NCBI GenBank assembly: GCA_958009085.1
Contig: OY253675.1
Span: 1 to 64,000 of the forward strand
DNA: 64,000 nucleotides
Origin: Protoeuglena noctilucae
Lineage: Eukaryota
Direction: 5' to 3'
The position numbers and the translations under genes are program-made. Each line of letters starts with the position of its first letter. Within the stretch, counting starts at the first letter, position 1. Shown here piece after piece: positions 1-13,793 of the stretch. The notes under the pieces were generated by a model. The model was not told the origin of the DNA. It saw only the letters and a program-made list of their open reading frames with translations, and did no database searches.

Positions 1-53
1 ACACAGGCGATAGATTGCTCTCATGCCCTTCACCTACTTCCCCCCCCCCCCAG

Positions 54-1764
54 GTCTCGATTCTGTACGTGCAAGGCGACATGGCTGCCATCGTCCCCAT
101 CTACGACTACACAGAGGCCACGCACGTGATACCCGAGGCACTGGGGGCGTGGCGCACCATCCTCATGGGGGCGGTGAGGAACAGGAGAGGGGGCATGGGG
201 GGCAGCGTGTCGTGAGGCATGCCTGGCCCCTGCACTGTGGGGCATCCGAGTCGTCACTTGTCGCTGGCAATGACCCATCTCTTGCTGCATACCTGGCCCT
301 AACCCACCACAACCATCCCCACTCCACTCCTCTCTCAATCCACATGCATCCCCATTACCATTCCTCTCCGCCCCTCCCCCCAGGCTGCCCCCGGCGTGGT
401 GGTCTCTGCGCTGCTGCTGCTGACCATCCAGGACCCACGCCGCCCCGCCTGGGCCATCCGCGTTTTGCATGACGCATTCACCGGCAGGGCAACCCCAGGC
501 TCAGCCGCGTTCGGCATCGCGCGGGGGGTGCGGCACGTGAGGGACGGGCTGGGCCGGGTGGCGCGGGGTGGGACGACTGGCGGACGGGGAGGGATGCGCG
601 GAGGAGGAGGCGGCTGAGGAGGGCAGCGCAGAGATGGGGGTGGGTGGCGCAGGTGAGACTTTGGGGGGAGTGGGGATAGACACACACGCAACGCATTGGT
701 GTGCATCTCTCCCACACAGCCAATTGTCGCGTCTCCTCTGCCCTCACTCCCCTTATTAATGTGCCCTTCCCTATGCGCCCTTCGCAGTCTCCCGCCACCG
801 GCACCTCCCCCTTAGCGTCGGCGCTGCGTGACACGGCGGCGGGGGTGCAGGAGACGGCCACTGCGATGGCGCGGGTGATGCGGGCGGGGGGGGCGCGGAG
901 GCGGAGGCGCATGCGGGCACACGGGGAGGGACTGCCGGGCCTGATGAGGGAGCTGGCGCGCAACGAGGCATTCCTGGTGAGTCAGTGCCGGTGGGCAGCG
1001 TCAGCCCTATGTACTAGCCTCATGCACCGCCCCATCCATTGCGTCACCATTACTTCAATACAGTCGCCCCCTGCGTCACCCATCCTCAACCTTACCACTT
1101 AACCCCATGCCCCAACACCCCAACCCCCAACACATCCCCCCCCCCCCCTCACTCCCAGGGTGTGTCGGTGGCGTCGGCCGTGGTGGACGTGGGCGTGTGG
1201 TCCCTCATCTCCTGGCAGGCCACCTTCTACGAGCGAGTCTTCGACCTCCCCAGCTCCACCTACGCCCCCCTCCTCGCCGCCATCATCCCAGCGGCCGGCA
1301 TCCTGGGGGGGGTGGGGGGCGGCATGCTGGGCGACCGGCTGGCCCGCGTCAACCGCCGCGCCATCGTCACCGCCGGGTGCACATGCCTCGCCGGCCCCGC
1401 CCTCGCCGCATCCCTCCTCTCCCCCTCAGCTGACGCCTCCTTCGCCGCCCTGTTTGTCGGCATGGCGCTGTCGGAGGCCTGGCGCGCCAACGCGGCCGTC
1501 ATCGTCCGCACCGTGTCGCCCCCCCACGCGCGCTCCACCGCCACCGCCGCGTGGCTCACCACGCGCAACGTCACCGCCGCCGTCGGTCCCCTCTCCGTCG
1601 CCGCTCTGTCAGGGCCACTGGGGCTGCGCCACGCCATGCTCCTGGCCCCCGCTGCGTTTGTGCTTGGCGGCCTCGCCTTCTGGTGGACGGAGGCGTGCGT
1701 GCAGAGGGACTATGGATATGGCGGATACGGCAAGGAGGGCACCGACCGCGACAACCGGGCATGA
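54..1764 (+). CDS. Major facilitator superfamily transporter (spinster-like), multi-exon, 5' part outside window
   Basis: Hydrophobic exons (APGVVVSALLLLTIQDP; VWSLISWQATFYERVF...GILGGVGGGMLGDRLAR, MFS motif-A-like; ...NVTAAVGPLSVAAL). GT-AG introns; TGA at 1762-1764. Confidence 0.75.
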
Positions 1765-2139
1765 CGCGGACGCCGCTGACGTGCTGGCATCTGTTTGCGT
1801 GTCACGTTTTCCATTCACCACCGCTTTTCCGCTTGTTGCTGTGCACGGGTGCTGACACGTCGCCCATTCTCTCCCCTTTGCCCTCCCCGCCGTGAGACGC
1901 CGCACGCGGCAGGCGGGGCGGCTGTGTTTCTGTGCCCATTCTGTGCCTCTCCACGCATGCGATCTCGCGCATCCACATGCATCACGCTCCCCCTTCTCAT
2001 GTAAGTGCGATGCTTGAAACGCGCCCAACCCTACCCAGCTAGGCAAGGCCGTCCCACCCATGCATGCCACGTGACCAGGCTGAGCCGTCGACTGCGGTCC
2101 AATCCATGGCCCCATGCATAGCCGCACCCCCGCACCCCC

Positions 2140-5100
2140 TCACACTCTCATGAGCCTCACCCCCGTGACCCCCGCCTCCTGCGCATCCACCAGCCGCACC
2201 TCCCTCGCCGGCCCCGCCCTCGCCGCCCCCAGCAGCACCTGCGCCACGGTCGCGTCCCCCCGGGCCGACCGCGCCGCTGCCTCTGCGATGGCTGCCTCGG
2301 TGTCTGCCGCCACCAGCAGCTGCTCCAGTGCGGGCAGCACCGCACCCACACGCTCCCCGGACAGCCGCGACAGCAGCGCCTCCACCAGGCGGTGCACGGG
2401 GACACTCCTGGGGGGTGGGGAGGGGGAGGGGGCATGGTGGGTGGGTGGACATGGCAGGGAAAAGGACTGGCAAGCACAACTGCTGCTATGGATATGCTTA
2501 ATCACTCTCTCACCTCACGGCTGCCGCCACCACCAGTTCCAGCAACTCCAGCAGCGACCGCCTCACAGCCTCGCACCGCACACCCTCCCACTTGTCACCG
2601 TCGCTCTTCACCCCCTCCCCCTCTCCCCCCGCTACCCCCCTCCGCCCCTCATCCATCCCCGCCGCCGCCGCTGCCAGGTACGCCCTCAGCTCCCGCGCGC
2701 CCCTCCCCGCCCGGTCCGCCCCCAGCGCGTACGGCTCCATCAGCCGCACCCACAGCGCCGCCTCGCCCTCACTGGCATCCTCACTCGCATCCGCATGCCC
2801 ATTCTCATCCATCTCCTCCTCCCCCAGTCCCTCAGGCACCCCATAGGCGTCCGTCCCCACCGCCCCCGCACCCCACCCGTCCGCCCCCTCCCCCTCCGCC
2901 CCATGCCTCGCCACCCCCTCCGACATCCGCGGTGCTCGCGTGGCCGTGGCGTGCCGCATGCACAGACCCACCGCCGCGTGACACGCCTCCAATGCACGCT
3001 TGGCCGCATCGCACTGGCGCGCCAGCCGGCCGATCGCCAGAGTGTCGGGAACTGGGGAGAGGAGAGGGAAGGGAAGGGTGCAGGGACTGATATGGTAAGA
3101 CGGTGAATGCGGGGGCAGCGACGACGGGCGGAGCATCGCAACAGCTACCCACCCCTCACCCACTCTTCACCACTCCCGATACTCCCACCCTCCTCTCTCA
3201 CCCGCGGATAACAGGTCCCTGTACTCCCACGGCCTAGCCCCCCTCTGCACCACCGCCCCCGCCCCCCCCCTGGGCCCCACCCCCGCCGCCGCCCCCGCCG
3301 CCCTCTCTGCCGCCGCGTCCACCTCCCCCCCCGTCACCGCCTCCGCCAGCGCCGCGATGCTCGCCGCCACGTCCTCCCCCGCGAGCCTCGTGGCCCCCTC
3401 CACGTCGCCCATGCGCTCTAGCAGGTAGGTGACGGCCCCTTTCACGCGGTGGGCGCGGCAGGCGTCGAGGCAGGCGGGGAGGGAGTAGGCGTCGTGGGAG
3501 AGAAGGAAGGGGAGGACGTCGAAGGGGGCGAACCGGCACAGCAGCCTCACGTACTGGTCGCATGTGTCGCGGTCCATGGCGGTGGACTCGGACGCGGTGC
3601 CCCTGTGGAGGGGGGGGGAGGGGGTGAGTGCAGGTGTGGACGTGGCATGCATGTGAGGACATATGGATGGAGAGAGTGGATGTAGAGATGTGACATGGAC
3701 AGTGCTACTGAGGAGAGCAGGTGTAAACATTGCATTGACACAGTACTATGGAAGGGGCGGCATGCGCGGGTGCCGTCATACATAACACGTCGTCTCTCAC
3801 CTGAGGTACTTGTACTGCACTTCTGGGAAAGGGTCAAGGTGCTTGATGAGGGAGCCCTGCATGCCCGGGAACACCGACGCCACCAGGGACGCCGAGGCAG
3901 ACGCGTCCACCTGAGACATGGCAGGGATGGGGGGAGGGTCATGGTGGCAAGGTGAGGGACTGATGGATGAGATGGGGAGTGGATGACAGGAGCGGGGCAG
4001 TGCTGGTTGTGAGCGAGTGCTCTTGCCAACCATGCGCGTGCGTTGTTCCCCCTCATGCGTGCTTGCCTGCGTCATTTGGGATGCGTGCTGCAGGAACGCC
4101 TCGCCCAGCTGGTCCCTTGGGAGTGGGAACTCCCTCGCCAGCTCCACCACGCGGGAGAGGGGGGGAAGCAGAGGGGGGCAGTCGGGGGGAGGGGGGGCGC
4201 CCGCGGCAGCACGCAGGTACCTGGGAAGAAGGGGAGACAGAGCATGGGAGCATGGGATCAGCGACGTACGTATCGAAAGAGAGAAAGGGGAGCGATGCAA
4301 TGCACATGTGGACCTAAAGAGAGATGCGATGCTCGCAGTTGCGCAGTCCGTCGCTCACTGGAAGCACAGCGACGGGCAGGCGTCCGCCCGCAGCCCCGCC
4401 GCCACCGCCCCTGCCGCGTCCCCGGCCAGGTGCCGCGCCGCCGCCTCCACCGCCGTGGATCCCAGCCCCGCGGCGGCGTCGGCGAAGGCGGCCGCCGACT
4501 CCCGCAGCGACCCCGCCGCCTGCCACCCCCGCGCCTGCCGAGCCAGCAGGGACAGGCACCGCGACTCCGCCCACGCCACGGCAGGGCCCGCCTGGCCCCC
4601 CGCCGCCCGGGCCAGCCGCGACACGGCCAGCGCCGCAGCGGAGGGGGGCAGCCAGCACCCGGCGTCGTCCAGCAGCCACCACAGCAGCTGAGCGACAGCG
4701 GACAGCCGGGGGAACAGCAGGGCGCGGGCGGCCGGGTGAGGCACTGCCTCCGCCCCTGCACCCGCCCCTGCGCCCGCTCTCGCAAATGCACCACCCGCCA
4801 GCACCCGCCCCGCCCACGCCCCGTCCACGCCCAGCGCTGCACCTGCGCCCCCCTCGTCACCGCCCTCTCCCTCTCCCTCTCCTGCCACCCACACCGCCGC
4901 CGCGTCCCCCTCCCCCGGCCCCGCCTCCGTCGGCAGCACCCCCGCCTGCACCCATGCCCACACCGCCTCTGCCACTGCCTGTGCCACCGTCTCAGCCGGG
5001 AGGGGGTCCGGGGGGGACGGTGAGGATGGGAAGCGGCTGGCATGCGCTGCATATGGGGGGAAGGGGGTGTGGGTGAGTGAGGGTTGCTGGGACGCAAGTG

Positions 5101-8100
5101 TGACTGTCACCATCAATCCACGCCGTGCCATGCCAGCACAATACTCGTCAATCCCAGTGCTCTCTCATGGCAACGAACCAACCCCATTTGCTTCCCACCT
5201 TCGCAGTGGGATGCCCATCTACTCGCGTCCCCTCACCCGCAGCGACAGCCTCGGCCCCAAGCGCCCCCTCCACCGCCGCCCGTGGCAATGCCCCGGCCCC
5301 CGCCACCACCGCCAGCAGCGCCGCAGACGCGGGTGCGTCCACCCCCCACAGCGCCCTCGCGACCGGCGCCGCCTCCGCCATCCGCGCCGCGTCTGCCGCA
5401 CCCATCCCCGCGTGCCTGGCCAGCGAGGCCCGGGTCCCCTGCAGCAGCGTGGCGGCCGCGTCGGCCCTCATCCGCGCCCCCTGCCCCGCCTCTGGGGGCG
5501 CACCCTTCCCCTCACTGGGCGGGAACCACTCCCCTCTCGCAGCGCAGGCGAGGAGTGCCAGGAGTCGCCTGCCCACGCGCGCTGCCCTGGGTGGGTCATC
5601 GTCACACGCGGCATCGGCCAGCATGGCGGCGGCGGGGGTGACGGCGTCCGCCAGCCCCCGCAGGAACAGGTGCGCGAGTGCCGCGTGCAGTCGGTGTCTG
5701 CGGCACAGCCTGGCGACCTGGTCGAAATCCACCGACGCCGGGTGCATGCGCAGGACACAGCGCTCCACGCGGTCGGGGCGGCCCTGGGGGGAGAGGGGAA
5801 GGGAGATGGTGGGGATGCATGGAGGAGTGGGATACGGAGGGGGATTGCTGGGGGAGAGAGGATGCATGTGGGTGGTAGAGGGTGTTACGACGGTGACGCT
5901 ATCGTGCTATCGACAGACGACACCCATAGCATTGCTGTCCCTTCCCTCCTCGCCTGTTCCTGGAAGTAGGTGACGAGTGCCGAGAAGACCTCCGCGGATG
6001 TGGACGCGACGGCGCCCGCCTCAATGTACGCGGCAAGCACCGGCAGGAAGGGGCCGGATACGTGATGGGACTGAGAGTGCAGGGGGAGGGAGTGAGTGAT
6101 GAGAGAAGGCATTCGATGCATGGTGGGACTGGGGTGGGGCTGGGGAGGGGCAGGGAGTGATGAGGGTTGAGGTCAGGCATGGCTCGCGTATCATTACACG
6201 CAGAGAGTGGGATCATCATCACAGCCAGCAAGTCCCTCTTCTCGCCTGGAAGAGTGGGAACACGCGCGAGAAGAGGTCACCGACGCGGCCGGACGCCACG
6301 CACAGCGCCACGGCGGTGTCGGCGCACTCGGCCGCCTCCACCTCCGCGCGGCCATCCCCGGCAGACGACTCGGGGTGATTGAGAGCCGGTGCAGTGTCGC
6401 GACCGCCGCCGCTCCCGTCGCCGCCGCCCACTGCGGCGTCGCCCCCATTGGCAGCTCCCCCGTCACTGCTGCCGTGGGTGGCGGGTGGCTGCCCGGCCGA
6501 CGCTGCGCCCTCTGCCGCGTCCTCACTGCCGCGGGCAGTGGCGGGGGGGGTGCCACGCTGTGCTGCGGAGGGCAGGGCGCGGCCGACTGCGGGGGGGGAT
6601 TCGCGGTGATGCGTGATGCAAGTGTGCGCCTTTCACAAGAGTGCCAATGCGCTGGCATGGGTGGCATGGTTGCCACTCACGGAATGCGGCGAGTGCCTCG
6701 AGGAGTGACTCTGCCACGGGGGCACGGTCGGCGTGGCGTGGGGAGAGGAGGGACTTCATGCGGTGCATGCCGCGGGCTGCGGGGAGGGCGAGCACAGCGT
6801 ATGGGAGAGGGACGCATGCGGTGCGAGTGTTCGCTCTTCACATTGCACCCCCCTCACCCGCCACGCTGACGGCCCCCTCGAATTCCCCTGCCTCGACTCT
6901 TGCCCCCCTGTCGCCCTGGCTGTCGCCATGGCTGTGCCCATTCGCGGCCGCCAGCAGATCCAGGGCAGTGGCGAAGAGACCTCCCCAGTCACCCGCGGCA
7001 CGCATCTCCTGCACCACAGCTGCGGAGATGCAAGGAAGGGGGGTGATGGGATGTGACGCTCAGCAGCAGTGACGAGTGGACGACACATGCGGTGCGCATG
7101 CGACCACCCCTGTATGCCACGCCTGCCGCTCCCTCACCCCTCCAGGGCCGCACGTGCATGACCGCCACGCGTCCCTCGCACAGCACCGCCACGCATGCCT
7201 GGCTCCCCCCCTGCTCCACCGCCCAGCTCTTCACCCGGGCACCCAGGGGGCCGTCCACGTCGGTGTTGCCACGGGGGACCAGGGGGACCGCCAGCCTGCG
7301 GGGGGGATGGTGAATGGGTGAAAGTGAACTCGATCTAAGACATGCTCACGAACTTCTATCAGTGCCTGCCGTGAATGACAGGCGGAGTGTCTCTTCACTC
7401 GCCTGTCAAGGCAGGCGGCGCGGTCGGAGGCGAGGGTCCATGGGGCCGCGAGGGAGTGGGCAGAGACGCCGCCGACAGCTGTGATGGAGAGAGAAGCGTG
7501 CGATTGCAAAGCAGGAAGGGCGAGGCATGACATGCAGGGGTGTTGCGAGACAGAGACCCTCCACGCACCGGTGATGCACACGAAGGCGTCTTGGGAGAGG
7601 AAGTGGACGCCGATGATGTCGGCGCCGGTGCGTGGGGGTGCGCGGGGTGTGCTGGGGACGAAGGAGCAGACGAGGGCGCAGGGGGCGGCGGGGGAGGGGG
7701 GGGCATCCACCTCGGAGGGGGCGGGGGTGGGGGTGGGGTCGGGGGCTGCGGGGGGAGAAGGCAAGGAGTGTGGTGGACACTGCAGGGCATCGTGGCAGTG
7801 CGGAGAGCTGGTTGGCAGGCATGCATGCTTGGCCCGCATGGGGGAGTGCGACCCACCCGTCGCATTGCGGCCTGACATCATGCGCATCATCTTGCCGAAG
7901 CTCATGGACGCTGCGGGGAGGGACAGGGAAAGAGTGAGCGAAGCGTGCTCGCATGTGATGAGGACACATCTAAGCAACGCTGGCGACATTAGCGTGGCTT
8001 GCGCATGACACGCCCTCGCCTGCCGGCGCAGGGGCCGCCCCTCCCCCCCCGCGTGCCGTTCCTGCTTCCATTCCCTTCGGCGCCTCCCTCAGCGGCACAT

Positions 8101-9777
8101 GCAGCACCTGCACCTGGGGACCCCACCCCACCTGCACAGAGACATGGCACAGGCAACTTTGTGGGAGGGCAACAGAGGCAACACCACTTGTGTGCCTGAC
8201 ACCACCCCAGCCCCGCCCCTCACCACCAGCTGCCACCCCGGCGCCTCCCCCGCGTCCTCCGCCCGCGCCCCTTCCTCCGCCCCCATTCCCCGCAGCTCCC
8301 GTGGCAGCGGCGCGCACTCGGCCGGCCGCCACGCAACACAGGGGGGGCGACCCTCCGGCACGTCGGGGGGGCGGGCGCGCGTCTGCAGGGCGCGGATGGC
8401 CAGCCCCGCCGGCACCGCCTGCCCCGCCCTCGCCGCCACCTGCAGCAGGTGCACGCCGCTGGGGGTGGCCACAGCCACGGCACAGACGGCCACCTGGGGC
8501 GGGTGACTGCCGCCGTCCACCCCGGGCGCCTGCCCCGCCGCTGCGACCTGCAGCACCCCCTCTGCCAGCCCCAGCTCCGTGACCACGCGCGACGTGGCCT
8601 GGACGATGCGCAGGAGGGGCATGGAGGTGAAGCTCGTGAGCACCAGGCCGCCCCTCTGGTCGCCCGACAGCAGCGTGGGGGGGGCGCCGGGGAGGGGGAG
8701 GAAGGCCAGGGCTGCGAGGAAGGAGCAATGGTCGCGGTAACGCAGGTCAGTGGGGCGACTGCGTGAATGCGAGCGCAAGTGATGAGGGGCGGGCGGCAGT
8801 TGTGACTACGCAGTTCCCATGATGCGAACCCACGTCTATTCTATCACGGGCGCCCCTCCCCTCACCCGTGACGTGGCTGCGGTGCTCGTTGGTGGTGCGG
8901 AGGACGGTGCCGGATGCCTGGTCCCACAGGGTCAGGGCGCCGTTGGTGTGACCCGACACGACCCACGCGCCGTCGGGGGACGCGCACAGGCAGCTGCACA
9001 CCGACAGCGGGCCTGCGGGAGAGAGCGAGTCCCTGTCATCCAACCTGCTCGTCTATGGCGACGCACGCATGCATGCGATGCTCCCCCACCGCTCTCTCAC
9101 CCGACTTGCCGTCCCCCAGCACTGCCGCCGCGTCCCTCCCAGCGTGGTTGGCGTCCAGCGCCGCCTGCACGTCACCCGCCGCGTCGGGCCCTGTCGCAGG
9201 CACTCGGAAGAGGGCCACGGCGCCCGAGGTGGTGCCCACGGCCACGAAGCGCGGGTGCACGCACAGGCACGTCTTGTCGCAGATGCTGCGGTCCTCCAGG
9301 GCTGCGGGCGGGGACGAGGGGGCAGGTCGACGTGACAGCAAAGGGGAACTGACCCTACAGATTTGCCCCCCACCCCTGCCAACCCTTCTCGCGCACCCTT
9401 GGCAAAGTGGCCCCGGAGGATGCTGGCGCCCAGGACGCCCTGCTCGCTGACCACGCGGTCGTGAGACACGCGGCGGCCCTCGGGACCCACGTAGTCGCGC
9501 GACACCTCCATCCGCGACCTGCGAGGGGCCGCGGGTGCGGCGAGGATGGGCACGCATCGATGCGCAAATACGACGTCGCCCCTTCGCACCCCGCGGCCGC
9601 CGCTCGCGGGACGAGCTGTGCTGCGATGCAACGATCTCGCCTCAAAGCGTCCACGCTGCCCACATCAGACGCGCCCTCGTCGCCCGCCGGCTGCAAAAGC
9701 TTTGCCTCTTGCTCCCCCGCCCACCGCAGCGAGGCGCGCCCGCACGCCAGCCAGGCGAAGTCGGCTGTCGATCCCAT
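2140..9777 (-). CDS. VPS8: Vacuolar protein sorting-associated protein 8 homolog (CORVET subunit), multi-exon; termini approximate
   Basis: N-terminal WD40-like exons (FVAVGTTSGAVALF; VVSGHTNGALTLWD). Vps8 core RVERCVLRMHPASVDFDQVARLCRRHRLHAALAHLF. Clathrin-repeat-like YVRLLCRFAPFDVLPFL...AVTYLLERMGD. Confidence 0.85.
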
Positions 9778-10695
9778 GCTTGTCAACGAAGATCCCACTC
9801 CCGGCAAGGCCGGCCGGGGGACCGCGCGCGCGCCGGCGACCAGGTGGGTGCGAACGCCGCGTCCGTCGTGCCTAGGAGCGCGCGGGAACGAGCTGCACGC
9901 TCATCCACGAAAATTTGCCTTGATGCGGACCAAGTGAAGCGGATCTGATGCGCAAAGCACCCCGATACCTCTCGGCAGAGGCAGCAAAGAGATGCATACA
10001 CAGTTTGGGCCGCCGCTGCGCAAATACAGGGCTGACGATGTGCTGGGGGGTACTGGAGTGCACAAAAACAGCTTCTCCTTCGACAGCTGGGCTCCCAGAC
10101 TCGGCTGAGTCCACGGCGAGACCTGCGTCACGGAACTGGCACGCTGGTCAGCATTTCCTGGAGCCAAAGAGGCGCGCAGCTTCAGGCATGCGACTACATG
10201 TGCAGCCAGCGGGACGGTGCGGTGCTGGGTGCGCTTAAGGAGCCCGGCCTCCGCTGGTTCGACCTCTGCTTCTTCGAGCATCAAATTGCCTCCGCGATAC
10301 CATTTTGAGGAGCTGGTGATACGCTCTGCAATAGGTACGGTACAGACGTGAGCATCTGCGGGGCATTCTGGGTGTTAGATCGCCGCTGTGCGCTCCCCCG
10401 GCTGCGACTCGCACGGCTGGGTTGGCGGGAACCGAGCGTGGCCATCCGCGCCGTCGATTCGCATCTATTCGATGCTCAGCTCATTCTCTGTACTGCTGAT
10501 AACAATGAGGCTCGGGCGCACGGGGGCTTCAAGGCGCTCTCAATGCACACAGGCAGCCACATCTGGGCCCCTGCAGGTGCCTGGACCTGCGCGAGTCGTC
10601 ATCGCGTATCAGATCGTGAAACACTCGACCTGCGACCTGTCTGCGTGATTGGGTCCTCCCTACCTTCCGGCGGCCTGGGCAGGGCGAGGGATGCC

Positions 10696-12559
10696 ATGGG
10701 GACGGCCTCCGTGCTGCGGCTGGTGGCGCTAGTGGGCCTGCTGACCGTCCCCGTGTGCGTGGGTCAGTTCATGGGCGGCGGGGGACCGGAGGAAGGGTTG
10801 GCCCAGCTGATGGGCATGGCGGCCATGCTGGGTGCCAACGTGAGCAGCACGCATGGCCGCGCATGCTGCCAGCCATGTTTCGCAGCAGAGACCACCCCCT
10901 GCGAGGGCGATTCCTCGTGTCCCCTTACCGCAGCCCAACAACATCCAATTCATCCACGCGACCGCCACGCCGTCGGATCCGCGGGACCTGGCGCAACAAC
11001 GAGAGCAGCAGGGGGCGCAGCAAGAGCCGCAGAGGCAGCCACCCAAGTCGTCCGCTGGCCTAGGGGCGCAGCCGGGGGTGATCAACCTCGGCGACCAGCG
11101 ATGGCAGGGCACGCAGCAGCAGGGGTCACGGGCCACGTCGGGACTGCCCACCGAGTCGCCGCGCTCAGCGTCAACCCCCCCAGCGGGGCCGGGTGGCGCT
11201 GCAAGAGACGCATCCGTCCCCCCCGGCTGCCGGGGCCCCGACACGTCGCGGCTCACGTATGGGCTCGACGGGGCGCCGTACGTCCCCACGTGGGGCCGCA
11301 ACCGCTCGGGGAACGTCCGGGGGGCACGGGTGGCGGTGCTGACCCCCGCGTACGGCGGCCAGATACACGCGGCCTACATGCTCTCCATGCACCGACTCTA
11401 CGCCCGCGCCCTGATGGAGGGGTTCGAGGTGCACCCCATCCTCGTGTGGTGAGGGGCGCGTCAGCGGCGTGTGGGTGCTTCAAGACCGTCTGTGCCTGCC
11501 ATGGCGCATGTATACCCCTGTCACCCCGCAGGAACGAGAGCCTGGTCACCCGGGCCCGCAACTACCTCGTCATGTACGCGCTGGACGACCCCAAGATCTT
11601 CACGCACCTCATGTTCATCGACGCAGACATTGAGTTCGAGGCAGAGTCCGTCGTGCGCATGCTGCGGCGGGCGAGTGGGGGACCCGGCGTGTCACAGTCT
11701 TGGGCGCTCCCGGTGCTGCATTGCCTGGCCCCACCGCTCACCCCCTCCGCCCAGCGCCGCCCGCAGGACCAGCCCATCATGTGCGGGGTGTACGCCAAGA
11801 AGTCCCTCGACATCAGACGCCTCGTGGACCTCGCGAGGAGGAACCCCTTCGCCTCGCAAGACGCCCTCCTGGCGCAGGCGGTGGGGTACGTGGTGGACTT
11901 CGACATGACGCGGGACATCGACGTGGTGGACAAGTGGACCGAGGTCAAGGAGTGCGGCACGGGGTTCATGATGATCCAGGCGAGGCGCGTGCCAGTGGGG
12001 GGACGGGTGCAGGGGCACCCCCGGTGCAGCGGCTGAGGAGCGCCCGTCCCCGGCCACTGCAGCGCGCCACGCTGGAGGTCCTACAGGACGCCTACCCGCA
12101 CCTGCACAATCAATCGGCCGAGGTCGTCGACCGGAGCCTGCAGGACCCCTCGCGGACCATGCAGCACCTGTGGCACTTCTTCGACACCATGGTGAGGGGG
12201 GCACATGGCAGCGGTGGGTGGAGGGGTGGACCCACCACGACAGGGCAACCATTCCCTTGCGTGCGTCGCGCTCCCGCAGATCGAGCCTGACACGGGGCGG
12301 TACCTGTCTGAGGACTACGTCTTCCTCAAGCGGTGGCGCGACATTGGTGAGGGGCAGAGCGCAGAGCGGGCTGGCCTTCGACGGTCGGCGATGGATGGGT
12401 GGCGCTGACTGCGACTTTTACCTGATCGCAGGCGGGCGGGTGTTTGCGGACCTGTCCACGAAGCTGACGCACCACGGCACGTTCAGCTTCCACAGCGATC
12501 CGTGGGTGGGGGTCCTGGACGTGCAGAACGGTCGGCTGCGCCAGGGCTTCGCGGGCTGA
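10696..12559 (+). CDS. Secreted/lumenal GT-A fold glycosyltransferase-like protein, 7 exons
   Basis: Signal peptide (MGTASVLRLVALVGLLTVPVCVG). Spliced motifs TPAYGG, NESLVTRARN, THLMFIDADI (DxD), GVYAKK, GTGFMMIQR, FFDTMIEPDTGRYLSEDYVF and LTHHG. Confidence 0.8.
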
Positions 12560-12804
12560 AGGATTAGCGGGTGCCGATGTTGATGCGTGATTGGGTGTGA
12601 CGAGAGAGGGCACACAGCGTAGGAAGTCTAGAGCGCCAGCCGCGCTGCCTGCCAGAACATGTGATCAAAGCACCGATGAAGCCCCTGATGCGGCTTGCCG
12701 TGACCGTAGCGTGCGCACTGGCTCTCCATCGCCCGTTTTCCGGGCGCACGGGCGCGCCTAGCAATGTCGCCTGTCTGAACCTGCGGCTCTGCATCTGTGG
12801 CGCG

Positions 12805-13793
12805 ATGGCGGCTCGCTGCGCCTTCGCGGTGGGCGCTTCGGCGCGTTCCTGTCGCAAGAGTGTCGCGCGCGTGGCGGTCGCGGCCCGCGCCGTCCTCATC
12901 GAGGGGCGCACCACCAACCCGTTCCAGACGAGCGATGCGAGGCTCTCCCTCGAGGGCGCCGACGGTTCCAGGCTCTCCGCGCAAGTCTTGACGGCAAAAA
13001 AGACGGTCCTGGTGTTCCTGCCTGTCTTTGGGACGCCGTTCGCGTGGGAGCGGGTCCGGGAGGTGGAGCTCGTGGCACCGCAGGCGCGTGCAGCGTCGCG
13101 GAGCGTCCGCCTGCGCATATGGCGTCGCTGCGTCAGTGCGGAAATGACACCGCGTTTTTCCTGCGCACAGCTTCGGGACGCCGGGTACGCAGTGCGCTAC
13201 GTGGGGGTCGGGAGTGCAGGCGACGCCCTCAAGTTCGCCGAGCGCATGCGCCTGCCAGAGGTGGGTGCAGAGGACTTCGCGCACTGTCCGGGTTGGGTGC
13301 TTCGGGCCCCATGGCTGGCTCGTGACGCGGACCTCGCTGCTTCCTCCCGCGCAGGAGGCGGTGCTGGGGGACCCGGACGCCGCCACCCACCGCGCCGTGG
13401 GCCTCACGATGGGCCCCCTGGACCACGCCCGCGGCCTTCTCGGCCTCCCTCGCGGTCTGCTGCAGACCAAGGACGGGCTGTCGTCCCTGGCGGACCGCTA
13501 CGTCCCCATCCCGCCCCCGTCGCCCGGGGCCTTGCTGCAGTGCGGGGGCGTCATGGTCTGCGAGGGCATCCACATGCGACTGCTGATGAGGGTGCGTGGC
13601 GCGCATAGACGACTGGGCGACGGGACTGGGGCTCGCGAGCTGTGCACAGCCCCCATCCACGCCCCTGCACCCGCAGGACGAGGGCATGGCGGACCGCGCC
13701 CCGCTGGGGGACCTGGTCGACGCCTGCTGCGGCACGCTCGCGGAGGCGCCGCCCGGGTTCGTCACCGCTGAGCGCCCGCTGCTGGGGCCATGA
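12805..13793 (+). CDS. AhpC/TSA (peroxiredoxin-like 2 type) thioredoxin-fold protein with putative plastid transit peptide
   Basis: Ala/Arg/Ser-rich N-terminus; TVLVFLPVFG...LRDAGYAVRYVGVGS...KFAE...LGDPDAATHRAVGL...LQCGGVMV; 4 exons. Confidence 0.65.
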
